A stretch of DNA of 64,000 bases from Bugula neritina (Eukaryota; Animalia; Bryozoa), in NCBI GenBank assembly GCA_964035545.1, contig OZ037766.1, positions 11,336,722 to 11,400,721 of the forward strand. Reading direction: 5' to 3'. Of this stretch, positions 40,290-52,485 are shown in pieces. The translations under genes and the position numbers were made by a program. The stretch's first letter is position 1, and every line of letters begins with the position of its first letter. The notes under the pieces are model-generated. The model did no database searches. It was not told where the DNA came from and saw nothing but the letters and a program-made list of their open reading frames with translations.

Positions 40290-40620
40290 ACTAAATCAGT
40301 GAATCACAGTATCAGTATGAGTGTCACTAGTCTAACTCTATTTCTATGACATTGACTCTCACTCTAAGTCTATGACTATCGCCTATTGGTGAACTATTAT
40401 TAATAATATTCAATGGTTATATTTATTAATACTATTATTAGTCATAATGATAATCATATGACAGTATCAGTATGTTAATGTTACGGAGCAGGATCAGTTT
40501 CGAAACTAATACTTTAACTTATACTTATAGTTATAATATTAGTTATAACTATAAGTATAACTATAACTATAAGTTATACCGATAGCTATATTAATATAAA
40601 TATTTATATTCATAGTAATA
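40290..40620. repeat. Degenerate hexamer-periodic tract with an 18-bp perfect inverted repeat
   Basis: cagtatcagtatgagtgtcactag..., ataactataagtataactataactataagt. Confidence 0.8.
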
Positions 40621-43259
40621 CTAATAGCAAATGTAATATTATTATGTTAATAGTTATACTTGTAAGTTATAATATAAAGCAAACGACACAAGTATTAATT
40701 TCAATTTGAACTGCTGGTCTTGAAATAAAAAGTGAAATAAATATAAATAATAAAATATAAATTATAATAATTTAATTATACTAATACTTATACAGAAATA
40801 TAATTATAATAAATTTATAAAACTTAAACAACTTTTAATTTAAGGAACAACTTTAAATACAAACATAAAGATAATATTAAATAATTATAATCATAATGAT
40901 CATAACAATAAATATAATTATGATTCCAATAATTATCAATATATTATATAATATTTATTGCAAGTGAAAGTTAGTTATTCTCCGCCAGCTGCATGAATGT
41001 GACTGGTAAATTTTGTAACCTTTGGCAGTAATAACTTTGTAGCATAAATTAGACACATTTTTATGAAAATACATAATTTTAATGCTATAGCTGCTAGTAA
41101 TTCTAATGGGTGTAATAATATTACTTTCACCAGCATTAATTTTTACTTTGTTCATCTCTTCATAAAGCATTTTCTAAATCCTTTTTTGAATAAATATACA
41201 TATAATGTGCTGAATAGATTACATATGTTGGGGTTCTTCCTATACTGCAGCTCAGCCTACACTCCCCCCCCCCCACAATTGTTCCTAAACTACTAGCTTC
41301 ATCAGGATACAGATTGATGGAGCTGTATTGATAAAAACTTCTCTTTTTAGCAGTAGAGGCATCATGAAAAAAAAAGGCAAGTATTTTACTAAATATGAAT
41401 GCGGTTTTTTACTTCTACAAATTTGATAGCCTACACTATTCTATTTAAATGGAAACTGGTCTGACATAATGTGTCTGCAATTTATTAGTTATAATATAGT
41501 AAATACTATGCGGGCCTATAGATCCAATGGCTCAAAAAAAATTAAATAAAACATTACACAATGCTGTATTTATTAGCAATGTGATACTTAGCAACTAATT
41601 TCACATTATTATTTTTTGCAAAGTTTCATATATCTACATATGTTTGTTCAATTCAGTGTTCTGAAGTAGAAGGTTCCAACAGCAGGGAAAAGCCTTGAAC
41701 AAGATATTATGTTCTACATCTCCAACTCATTTTAACTTTGCTGGTCAGTGCATTGTGTATCTGGAGCATAGTTTTGTATTTTTAAGTAGTCCATCAGATA
41801 CCTTTGTAGATAGTAAAGATTAAAATGTTTGTGCAATGATGTCCATAATGTTGAACTGATTTATTGAAACTAAAACTGTTCTTAATTATAACAAAACTTG
41901 ACAATCTTTACATAAAGAATAATGTCCTATAATCTATCTTCATTGTAAACAAAATTAGAAAGTTCCACACCAGCAAATTGTTAATCATCATCTGTAGGTG
42001 GAAGACGCGTGCACTCAGTTATAAAGGCAAGCTGACGGTGGTTTTCTTTGCCTTCTATGAAGATTTGGAAAGAGCCAGAAAATTAATACTCTATAACTGC
42101 AAAACCATGTTGTAGTGTCTTATGTTATTGATTGAATCATCTAAAAGAAAAATTGTTGTATCATTATAATTTTACTGTTAATGAATTAGCAAATCTACTT
42201 ATCTTGGTAAATATATTCAAGAACAAATACTATAGTGTAACTCAGTTTTGGTTATGTGTATGCTCCTTAAGCGAATTTACAGCAGATATCAAACTATATA
42301 TTAGAGACTGATATAGGAATTACATTTAAGCTAACCATGATGATGTAAATAGCTGTTGTATGTGACTTCGAGAACTCTGCTGGCCATGTCAGTTCAATTA
42401 CACCAGGGTGATCTGTTACGAATTTCATGTCATTATTGAAATTCAGCTTTTTCAAGTGCCTCTTCACAACTCTGGCAGCATTCTGACTGCTCCTTAGCTT
42501 TCTGCACCTGAAATTTCTTCTACTTGCACCATTCTTCTATTGGTGGAATGTTAGCCTATAACAAACAGGTGTACCAAAGCTAAAAAAAATATCTAATTCA
42601 ATGCACTAGGATATTATTCAACTCATTTAAATTTAATATATAGCAGTAAAACAATCACATAATTGTATTTATTTTATCAGCTTTACTTTACAAAGCTGAA
42701 CCATATAATTTAGTAACTTGTCACCATAATAAACTTTGTACAACATACAAATTGAAAACCTGATGTGATTGCTTTTTTAATAGAATATACATCAAAAACA
42801 TGTTACTTTGATAAGCGTGTTTATAATAAAAGTATTAAACCAGTTTAAAAAAAATTATTTTGTTATATAAGGGATCACAAAACTAAATCATTTTAGACCT
42901 GTAGCTCAATGTTCCTCAAGCAACGGGCTGCTATGACTAATTAATTTTCTATCATTGCATTTGACTGTTCTACTCATAGTGTATTGGCGAGTTAAAATTA
43001 TTGGTAATTTAATGTATATTTTAGCTACCTCTGTACAATCAATGTCATAGTAATATCAATTAGGTTTTAAATTTCACTGAGTTTATAGTAAATTATTGCA
43101 ATCGGTACATAACATTTGGCTAGTTCTCTAGTTCATTAAATAACCATACGAACTTAAATTTACAACATGAAAAAACACACAAAGCAAAATTAAAATAATC
43201 ATATTATGAACCAATGTAATTGATAAGCGATAATGCTGTTGTAAAACATAAATTATCAA

Positions 43260-43870
43260 ATTGAAATAGTTATTATTACTATTAGTATTACTATCATTAT
43301 AACAACTATAATTATTAGTATTACTATTACTATTAGTATTAGCATTAGTAGTAAAAAATGAGTAGAGTTCAACATATACAATCTAGCTCACAGTTACTAT
43401 AAAAGTAGAAGTAGAACTTTTAAAACTATTATCTCCATCATTATCAGAACTATGAGTAATACTAGTACAGTACTAGTAGTTGTACTAATAGTAATACTAG
43501 TTATTAATACTAATAGACAATAGTAATAGTATCACTATGAGTATGATACTTGGGCTGGCAGTGATTATCACTATCAGCATCATCATAGTGATAGTCAAAA
43601 GTTACAAGAATTAGAAGCCATATTCATATTGATATTCTCATTGAGTTATGCACAGTCATATTCATAGTAATAGTCAATCACTGATTGAGTTAATGTCATA
43701 GTGATACTCATACTCATAATTAATTTGTACGATACTCATACTCATAGTGATAGTGATACGTCACCGTGAATTTCAATTTAATAATAATTTTAATTTAATA
43801 TTAAAGTGATATTAATTATTAATATTATCATTGAATCATTCATTGTTGCTAATATTATGTCTTAATCTTA
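43260..43870. repeat. Degenerate hexamer-periodic tract
   Basis: attagtattactatc..., atcactatgagtatgatact, gatactcatactcatagtgatagtgat. Confidence 0.85.
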
Positions 43871-45474
43871 GTCTAACAGCAGCTCTATAAAGAAGTTAAA
43901 CATAACTGATAACAAAACACATTTAAAAAATAATACTGTAACAATCAATATAATGCATATCAATATGAATATGCTAGCAACCTAATTTTCAGCCCACTTC
44001 ATTAACTTTCTGTGCAGTATTGTGAATTGTGATAAAATAAATTTATTAATGGTGACCTTGACATCTTCGTCCAAATGCCTTTCACGTCAAGCCCCGAACC
44101 AATTTGTAAAAATTTTGGATTTTTTACTTTTGATTATTTTTTACGAAAAGAGCTTCAAAATAAATTTAAAAAAAAGTGAGCTGTTGTCCACATAAAAAGA
44201 AACATATGAGTTAATTTTCTAAATTCAGGAAGTTACCAGAGGATCACAATATTTTTTTTAAAAAATCTTCATTTTCACGACAAGCTCTATATATCAATAT
44301 AGAAAAATAGAAGACAACTCTTCTTTCAGATTTTTCATGTGCCACGGTCACGTCAATCTCAGTGCTATTAACACATATATTTTAATTCATTTTTTCTGGT
44401 ATATTGAGTTGAGATTTTTTGTATATATTTTGTGAATGCAACTAAAAAAGTATGATCTTTTAATTAACAGTAATTGATTTTATCAAAATAACCTGGATGC
44501 CTACGATGTTTAACTGTCTTTAGTCAACAATACAGTCAATTAATCCTTATTTATTTGTTATGACATATTATGAGTGTGTAGAGATGCATTAGCCTGGTAG
44601 CCATTAGAATATCTCATTTATATAGAAATATATTGTCAAACTTCAATTATTATAGCCTACTATTATAAGACCTTGGGCTATGCAATCTTTTTGCAGTTAA
44701 TCACTTTCTTTCCCTTAGTATAAAAGTTTATTGTTAGAAATTATATAGTTAGGGGCGTTCAATTCATTTTTCCTTAAAACTACAGTTTCAAGTCCCAAAC
44801 TGTGTACGTGGTGTCTTTATTTCCACTATATTGATATAAATTAGATTATTATTTTTGATGGGTGTGTGTCAGGATATGCTTGTTGGGTCGGTGTGGGTTT
44901 ATTCAACTTGTCACCACATTGCAGAGTAGATGACACATGCAATGCTGTGCTAGTCCCAACATGTAGTAGCAGTTTAATTAGCAGCTATCAAATTCATAAT
45001 CAGTTTATCATAGATTTAGCACATTCATCTATCTAATATTTACTCACATGGCATTATTCAGAATGCTAACAAATACACTGCACTACAACTTTTTGAAGTG
45101 GTATTAAAACTGCAACATGACTGTACACTACCGCAGTAGGTTGTTATGGTATATTATATTTATCTGAAATCTGAAAAGTAAACAGAATTGTACATATTAG
45201 ACATTGTTGATGAGTTTGTAACTGTAAGATAGGAGACTTGATATCAAACTGCTAACTTATACCTAGTTTGAAAAAGGTACTGAGCTATAGCTAATTCTTT
45301 GTGGTGAAATCATTTTGATGCAGTACTGAGTGTTAAGATAAGCATTTGTTGTCTCGCTAGAACATATAATAATAATGGAAATGTAACTCCTAGAATTACG
45401 AAGCACTAAGTTTTACTCTTGAATCACTGAAGTTGGTAGCTAAAATTTGAATTAACGGTTGTTTGTGTTTATAG

Positions 45475-45667
45475 AATAAAGCTAATGGTACAGTTCCAAT
45501 ATTAAAGAGACCATCAGACAATGATATTCAAGCAAGTGAAGATTCCGATATAGAAAAGATGATGCAGGCATCAACTACACCAGATCAGAGTCAGCTGATC
45601 AAGTCAGCAAATCCTGAATTATCAAAAGTTTTGAGTGAACCTTCAAACACAATTCCCAAAGATAGAG
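45475..45667 (+). CDS. BCL9: BCL9/legless N-terminal exon (true start not resolved)
   Basis: NKANGTVPILKRPSDND...IPKDR; open frame, phase 0-1, chains in frame to the downstream BCL9 exons. Confidence 0.65.
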
Positions 45668-46259
45668 GTTGGATATGCAAATTAAACTCTAGCTGTGTGC
45701 ATTTACCTTAATTTCCAAATAAATGTGTCTGTGTTAATGATTTTCTCAAATCTTGTTTAAATTTAAAGATGTGCCATTGGGTATTATATTTTTGGCCATT
45801 GCTTCAACTTGTATATTGAATACATGCTTAGTTTTTAATATAATCCACAGTTGTATGTTTCAAGGTATGAAACATGTGTTGGTGCTGAAGGTATAAGGAG
45901 TTGTTGCTCCTGGCAACATCTTCTTTCAGCTCATCACAACTTGCAGCCTGTACTTACATCATCTGTGTAGTTCCTTGCCTTATTTTTTGTTAATTCATTC
46001 TATAAAAGCGGAGCTTTGGGCGTGTCACCAATATTTGAAATTGATATAAAATTGTCTACAGATATGGATTAGTATACATATTTAAACTACTTGACATGCA
46101 TTGCTGTAAGCTAAAGGACCTGCTATTTAGGCTAGCACAAAAGTTGGAAATGTCTTAATTTAACTTCTCTTGATTAATTGGAGATAGAATCAATGGAGTG
46201 AAACATTTTTATTGCTTAATGCTATTGTCATAATCTAATGTTTGCACTGGTTTTTTCAG

Positions 46260-46292
46260 ACAAATCTAAAGAAGATAACTCCAAAAAGACAG
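46260..46292 (+). CDS. BCL9: BCL9 33-nt exon (DKSKEDNSKKT)
   Basis: ttttttcag / gtaatt, symmetric phase 1-1. Confidence 0.55.
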
Positions 46293-47586
46293 GTAATTCC
46301 ATATCTACTATATTTTATACACTGATGCTATATTGTGTGGGGTGTGTTGTTTTCAAACCTGTGCACTCATCATTGTGTAACAGTTTAGATATGGAGCCAA
46401 GGCAAACAGCCTTCCTTGGTTTTTTATATGGATAATTCAAATTTCAAAATCTTTTTTTCTCATTTTGAGTTTAGCATGTCGGATTGACCTGTAGGATATT
46501 TCTTTTTCTTCACTGTGCTATTAAGTATAAATTATAAAGATGGTTTGTTGCCTTCAAAATTGAGCAGTTATGACAGGATAGCAAGCGGCAAATTTAGCAT
46601 GATTTCGTGTTTCAGTAAGCTGGATGATATTTTCTAAAACTGCTTGTTGTGGCATATGTAACTTTTATGTCTTCGCTTTGTATTTTACTAATGAAACTAT
46701 CTAGTAAACTAAAAAATATTCATTAAAATGACATTCACCATTGTATTTTTTATATCTGATAAGTTTGGTAACTCCTGTAATCTGTTGCCTCCCAATAGGC
46801 CCCTTAAGGAGGTTGCAGTTGCAGCCAAGTATGTCGCGGTAAGAATACTAGGGTACTGCAATGGGTGATCAGTTTTACTTACTCGCTTGTTTGCCTTTTG
46901 AAGGCTTAAGTTGCCTTTATACCTTCACGATTTTCGGTCAGAAATTCAATTTGGCCGGGTTGAAAGTTTTCCGAGCTGCATTGTAAAAGCCACTTGTAAG
47001 AATTTTTGTACTGTAATGACTTCGATTTCAGAATAATACTCAAAAGGAGTAATAACTCCTTGTAAACATCGTTATTTAGTTATGACTTAGGCAATTACAT
47101 GGCGTACTTATATGTTAATAATGATATCACCTATGTCTTCTCAATTGTCGCTTTTATGCTGTCAACTTTACTAACTCGCGATGCTTACAAAGCGCATCAG
47201 ATAGCGATTAGGCGAGTCAAATTTCAATTTTAGAAAGTAAGCTTCCGCATTAATAGGATTTCAGCGAGTTTCAGTTTGACTATAAAGGGGTACCCGGACA
47301 AGCATTATTAACTTAAACTCTGTACTTTTTTCAGCAGAGGTATAAACGCAACTTTATCTGCATGTACTCTATTTTCTAAACTGTAATTTATTTACTGGTC
47401 TCTTGGTGGAATAGTTATTCTTGAAAATGTATTTTAGGGTTTTAATTTTACTTTTACTTCACAAATGAGGAAATTTTTTCACATACCAAATTCATTGTAG
47501 TAAAAGCATAGCCTATCTGTTTTAATTTCTTTCAACATGCAAAGTACCTTCACTGTGTAAAATATACTTTGATATGTTTCATACAG

Positions 47587-47678
47587 CAGATGATCGAAAG
47601 GGAGACTTTGGGAAAAATGGGCCAAATCAAAATGGTGGTGCAAAACCGAACCAAGAGAATCTCAGCCAACCAAATCAG
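47587..47678 (+). CDS. BCL9: BCL9 exon (ADDRKGDFGKNGPNQ...SQPNQ)
   Basis: NAGNAG acceptor, phase 1-0. Confidence 0.7.
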
Positions 47679-47852
47679 GTTATTATTTAATTTATCTTTA
47701 TGAGGTGTACATTTAGTTAAATGTGATTCATGTGTTAGCAGATTGGTGAATTTAATTTTCATGTACATCAGTTTCGATTAGGCAGAAATATATTCTCTAT
47801 CAGCCATCGTGTAATGCTGTCAACAAGCTACATTGCATGGTTTTTATTGCAG

Positions 47853-48770
47853 CACCCCAATATCAAAATGCTGGCACCTCAGCCATCTAATGCTGGACCT
47901 CACCATCCGGGACCACCCAACACCATGTCTTATAGCTCTCCCATGAATGGAGGGAACAATCCTCATTTCCAAATGTCACAAAATCCCATGCCAGCAAATC
48001 ATCCTAGCTGGAATGGGCAGCAGCCGCAGATGCCTCCGTATGGCAATCCAAGGACAGGCTCTCCGGGAATGTGGGGGCCAAACCCAATGGCTAATCCAAA
48101 TGTTCGTCCGGATATATCTCATAATATTGTGCCTGACGCGAGTCTCACACCAGAACAGCGACAAAACCGCGAGGCTGGTATGGCTACTCTACGGAAGATT
48201 CAAGAGATGCTGTTCACAGATGATTTAGGGCGACAGGTGACTAACTTCAGTCACATTGATATGGCCCGTGACCCAATGCCTGGCTCCCATATGCCGCCTC
48301 CTGTTGATGAGTTCAGTATGTACGCCAATGGGCCCTCGGTCGGTGGTCGCATGCCTATGGGCCCGGGAGGCCAACCGCTACCTCCTCATGGTGGCCCAGT
48401 GCCGCCAGGCCATGGTCCTGCTCCACATATGATGGGCCCTGGCATGTTGCCACCGGGTCATGCACATCCTCATCATCTACCCATGGGACATGCGCCCATG
48501 CCACCAGCACCATCTCATATGGGTCCGGGTGGCCCAATGCCTCCCCATATGCCGGGGCCCGGCCCTACTCATATGGACATGGGCATGTATCCTGGAGGCC
48601 CTCCTGTGATGCACACCAAACCTCCCCCACCGTATCCTATGACTATGGGCCCCGCTCCTCCAGAAGCTCCGGCACCACGGGCCAGCAAATCAAAGAAGCG
48701 AAAGAGCAGTACTCAATCACCAGCGCCACAATCTCCTATGGGCCAACCACTCAAATCTCCTAAATATCAG
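47853..48770 (+). CDS. BCL9: BCL9/legless exon containing the beta-catenin-binding HD2 helix
   Basis: LTPEQRQNREAGMATLRKIQEMLF (48144-48215) aligns without gaps to human HD2 LSQEQLEHRERSLQTLRDIQRMLF. P/M/G/H-rich; KKRK NLS-like motif; PPPPY. Confidence 0.92.
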
Positions 48771-49314
48771 GTATTAAATTGCCTTGTGTTGTAATTCAGC
48801 ATGCTAGAATACTTGTTCCAACTACATTTTGGTTACTCTAGAGTCTAGATCATTAGGTGTACTTTTGACTTGAACTTTGTTTAGTGGTAAACTTCTTGTT
48901 TAAAAAATAGTTGAAATTATACATAATAGACTGGACAAGTACGTTGCCAATGTTAGTCTGGTGGTGGAGTTAATAGGGGCTCAATGTAAAACTAGAGTTA
49001 TTTCATACTGTAAGGGTTAGCCTCTTCTAATGGGAAAGTTGTTTAGCATTTTATGGCATAATATCTATAATAGACTATCCATGTTATATAAATGCTGTTC
49101 ATCATTGCTGATTTTTTAAACATGTGAATCATTTAAGATATTGCTGTCTTTAGATTCAATTGGATATGTGATTTTCAAGAAAATAGATTTGATCTATACT
49201 TGACAAGTAGAAAGATGTTCTTAGTTAAACTATTTTTTATAAAACTGGTGATACCTGATTATGTACTCCGATGCTGTTACTGTGGTGGTTGTCATGTACT
49301 TTTACTATATTCAG

Positions 49315-49512
49315 ATACCCCCGTCACCCCTTGCAGCCGGTCCTCCTGGAATGCCTTCTGGCATGGGGCCGGGATTCCCTCCTGCAGAGCCCGGCATGCC
49401 TCCGGGTGTACAGATGTATAAACCTTCACACGCACCCATGCCTAATGGAATTCCTTCACATCATTCTCAACAGGGTAATCTCATGCAAGCTGGCCCGCCA
49501 GAGCCATTTCAG
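49315..49512 (+). CDS. BCL9: BCL9 proline-rich exon
   Basis: IPPSPLAAGPPGMPSG...PPEPFQ; phase 0-0. Confidence 0.88.
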
Positions 49513-49763
49513 GTATTTAGCCTAGTTGGTGACCAATATAGTTGGGAGTTATCATCTACTTGTAACTGTGGCTATAAATAATACTATTGTTCTTGCAGCA
49601 TCATGATCTTTTAGTAAATAACAATGACAATTCATTCACTGGTAATAATAGTAAACAGCCAACTACATTGTATGCTGTATATTATATATTAAGCAAGGCG
49701 AATGTAAATAGGCATCATAGTCTATTGATAAGTATACTTATGCTAACCTCTGGTGATGTTTAG

Positions 49764-50757
49764 GGTCATGGAGTGGCAGGTTCAACACTCTCTCAAAAGC
49801 CTCCGCCTAGTTATTCTCAATCTACTACTAAGAGAGGTAGTGGCATAGAAAGTATGGCCACGCCCCCACCTCAGAAACAGTGTTATAGTCAGTTTGAAAA
49901 TCAAGAATTAACTATTGTAAAGCAACCTAACGCAGCTTATCAGGGACCAGATGTTGGGGAGACAAACCAATATTCTCTACATAGCAGACAGAATATTAAT
50001 CCCTGCAGTCCTTTGAATAGCAGGTCATCTAATATGAATAATATAACATCTGCCTCATTGGCCAACCTTGCTAAAGGAGTTGAACAGATTCAACAAAACT
50101 TAGTAGAAGGTGGCCCATTCAAAGACATTCAACAATCTGGCCAACATGGAAACCAAGCGGTGATGGTGCCATCCGGTACACCCATGTCTTCTGCAGCCGG
50201 CATGCTGCCAAACGCTGCCGGCTCCATACCTTCATCATGCAGCGGATCTCAACCAAGTGTCAACAATACTTTTGTAAATGCTCACATGTCCATTGGACAA
50301 GTTAATATTCAAAATGTAGACGCCAATCAACAGCACTCTGCGTTTGACAGTCAGGGACGACCAACACAGATGCAGCAAAACGTAGATGTATCGATGAACA
50401 TTGGGGGTATGCCAGGAAATGCCCCACGCTTCAATCCTGAAGATACCAATTACAACAATGCCAATCAAGTTCCTAATGCAGCCGTTAAGGTGCAGGCTAA
50501 AGGAGCAAATACTCTACAGTATTTACCGGTTAGTCAGCAAGCTGCTATAGGGCCACCTAATGACCCAATTATTCGTAAACAACCGACGTTTGAGCATATG
50601 AGCAGAGGCGAAACATTCCCAGGTGCTCTTCCTAATATGGACAGTAAAACACCGTCTTCAAAGATAAGCTACTATCCTGATAACTCTAGACTGCCCGCTC
50701 CTCCACCTCAAAGATTACCTCAGATAGTCAACAGCAGCGCACCTTTACAACTCCCAG
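49764..50757 (+). CDS. BCL9: BCL9 exon with C-terminal conserved blocks
   Basis: SVNNTFVNAHMSIGQVNIQN (invertebrate legless-type block) and KGANTLQYLP (like vertebrate PSQTLQYFP, HD6 region); phase 0-1. Confidence 0.9.
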
Positions 50758-51788
50758 GTATGTATATTGTTACAGGCAGTTGGTTCTCTGGCTTATTTGT
50801 AAATGTGAAACCCTGGTTATAGTAGAATGTGTTAATAGAAACGTCAAATATTCAAGAAATAATGTTTTATTATAATTACTTGCTGCTTCTTTATAAAAAA
50901 AATTATTAAACATTTAGGAGAGACAATTTAAAAGCTGAGTCAGTAAAGTGTAGTATTAGGCCAATTTAACATTATACATACATACTTATGTGCATACATA
51001 TCTCTTTTTACTGGAAATAACACTAGGCTATCTCTTCACTCTGCACAACATTAGACACATTATTGCTCAATTCTTATATTCTTATTCTCACTTATTATTC
51101 CAAATCTACATAAATCAAGTTATTTTTGCTGAGCATAACGCCTGCTACCTTGTTCACTAAAAGTAAATACTAACACCTCAAGGCTATACCTAGTCTGTGT
51201 GCATGTTATGGATTATTTTTACTTTTTAAGTATCTGAATTTTTCTAAAGTAATGATCCAATTTTTTCACTGATCAGCAAATTACTAACATTAAGCACCTG
51301 CCTGTTGACATTAGAAAGTTTCCAAAGTTTTAATTTTTTTTTAGTCTTTAGAAAGTAAGTGATGCTTCTAGCATGGTAAATTTAGCACATGAAAACTTCT
51401 TTTTTAAACAGGTTTGCTCTGGTTGGTTAAATAGTTTGAAAGTTTTATATTTATAAGCAAACAAATACATAATTTCTTAACAAGGCTCAAATGTAATTCA
51501 TCAAGTGCCATTTAATGTGTTCGTCTATTCATGTTAGAAATGCACAAACTTTTGCCGGAAAGAAAACTTTTGTGTTAACAGCAGTGCGGTGTTTGTCCAT
51601 TCTGTAAAACACATGCTTGGGCTGCTGGTGGGGGGGGGGGTATAACTAATCTGCCTTCATTATGCATAGTCAGCATTAGATCTACATCATTAGTTTATTT
51701 GCTTTAATATTTCTAAATATAATATCAATAATAGATAGGTTATAATATGTTTCAATTGTGAAAAAAAAATTTCTTGATTTTCTTTCAG

Positions 51789-52040
51789 CCACTGGCCCTG
51801 GCATGCCACACTACTCAGGTATGCATGGGGCACCTGTCTCCACTATGTCTATGCATCCATCGTCAGCACCACACCCATCTTCAGGAATGCTGCCTCCTGC
51901 ACCTCCGCACCACGGTCAGTTCACCAGTGGGCATCCTTCCATGATGCCACCAAATAACAGTATCTACAGCTCACAAGGACATGGTCTCTACAGCCCCATG
52001 TCAGCCTCTTTGGGTCAAGATATGCCTGGACCTCCTTCAG
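51789..52040 (+). CDS. BCL9: BCL9 penultimate exon
   Basis: ATGPGMPHYSGMHG...PGPPS; phase 1-1. Confidence 0.85.
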
Positions 52041-52147
52041 GTGTGTTCATCTGCTATGCACCAACAACTTTGTTTTGTATTAAATTTTATATGATGGAAA
52101 AACTATTTTAAGCAGCGGTAGAAATACTGAAACTGTTGTATCTGTAG

Positions 52148-52485
52148 GAATGATGGATCCAATGCCGTCCCCACTCCATTCAAACCAGCAGATGATGATG
52201 TCACACCAACACCCTGTCGGCCCACCAGGCACTCATGCACATCCCTCTATGATGCATCAACCACAGTCACCATTCGCCCACCAGGGACCACCAGATTTTG
52301 GTGCTCCCGTTCACCCCGGCCACGGCGGATATCCTCAAGATTTCCACCCAAGCATGAACCCTCATCCTAGCCAAATGTCCCGGCAAATGTCCCACCCAGG
52401 GGCGCCGCCACCTGGCCAGATGATGATGCCTCCTCAAGCCGGTCCCTATTTTAATGGTCCAGGTCCGGGTTCATATATGATCTAA
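52148..52485 (+). CDS. BCL9: BCL9 terminal exon
   Basis: GMMDPMPSP...GPGSYMI*, TAA ends at 52485; the modelled CDS from 45475 is ~1005 aa. Confidence 0.85.

Noticed and set aside
41830-41905. C/D snoRNA-like start (gcaATGATGt...CTGA)
   Set aside because: Imperfect C box, no clear terminal D box, and no rRNA complementarity I can recognise.
45117-45382. Possible BCL9 start exons (MTVHYRS-R / TYNNNGN)
   Set aside because: Phases can be made to fit, but the donors are weak and there is no homology support; left unresolved.
47947-50468. Overlapping ORFs in other frames/strands (47947, 47976, 48355, 49200, 49271, 50235)
   Set aside because: Shadow ORFs of the GC-richer, Pro-rich BCL9 exons.
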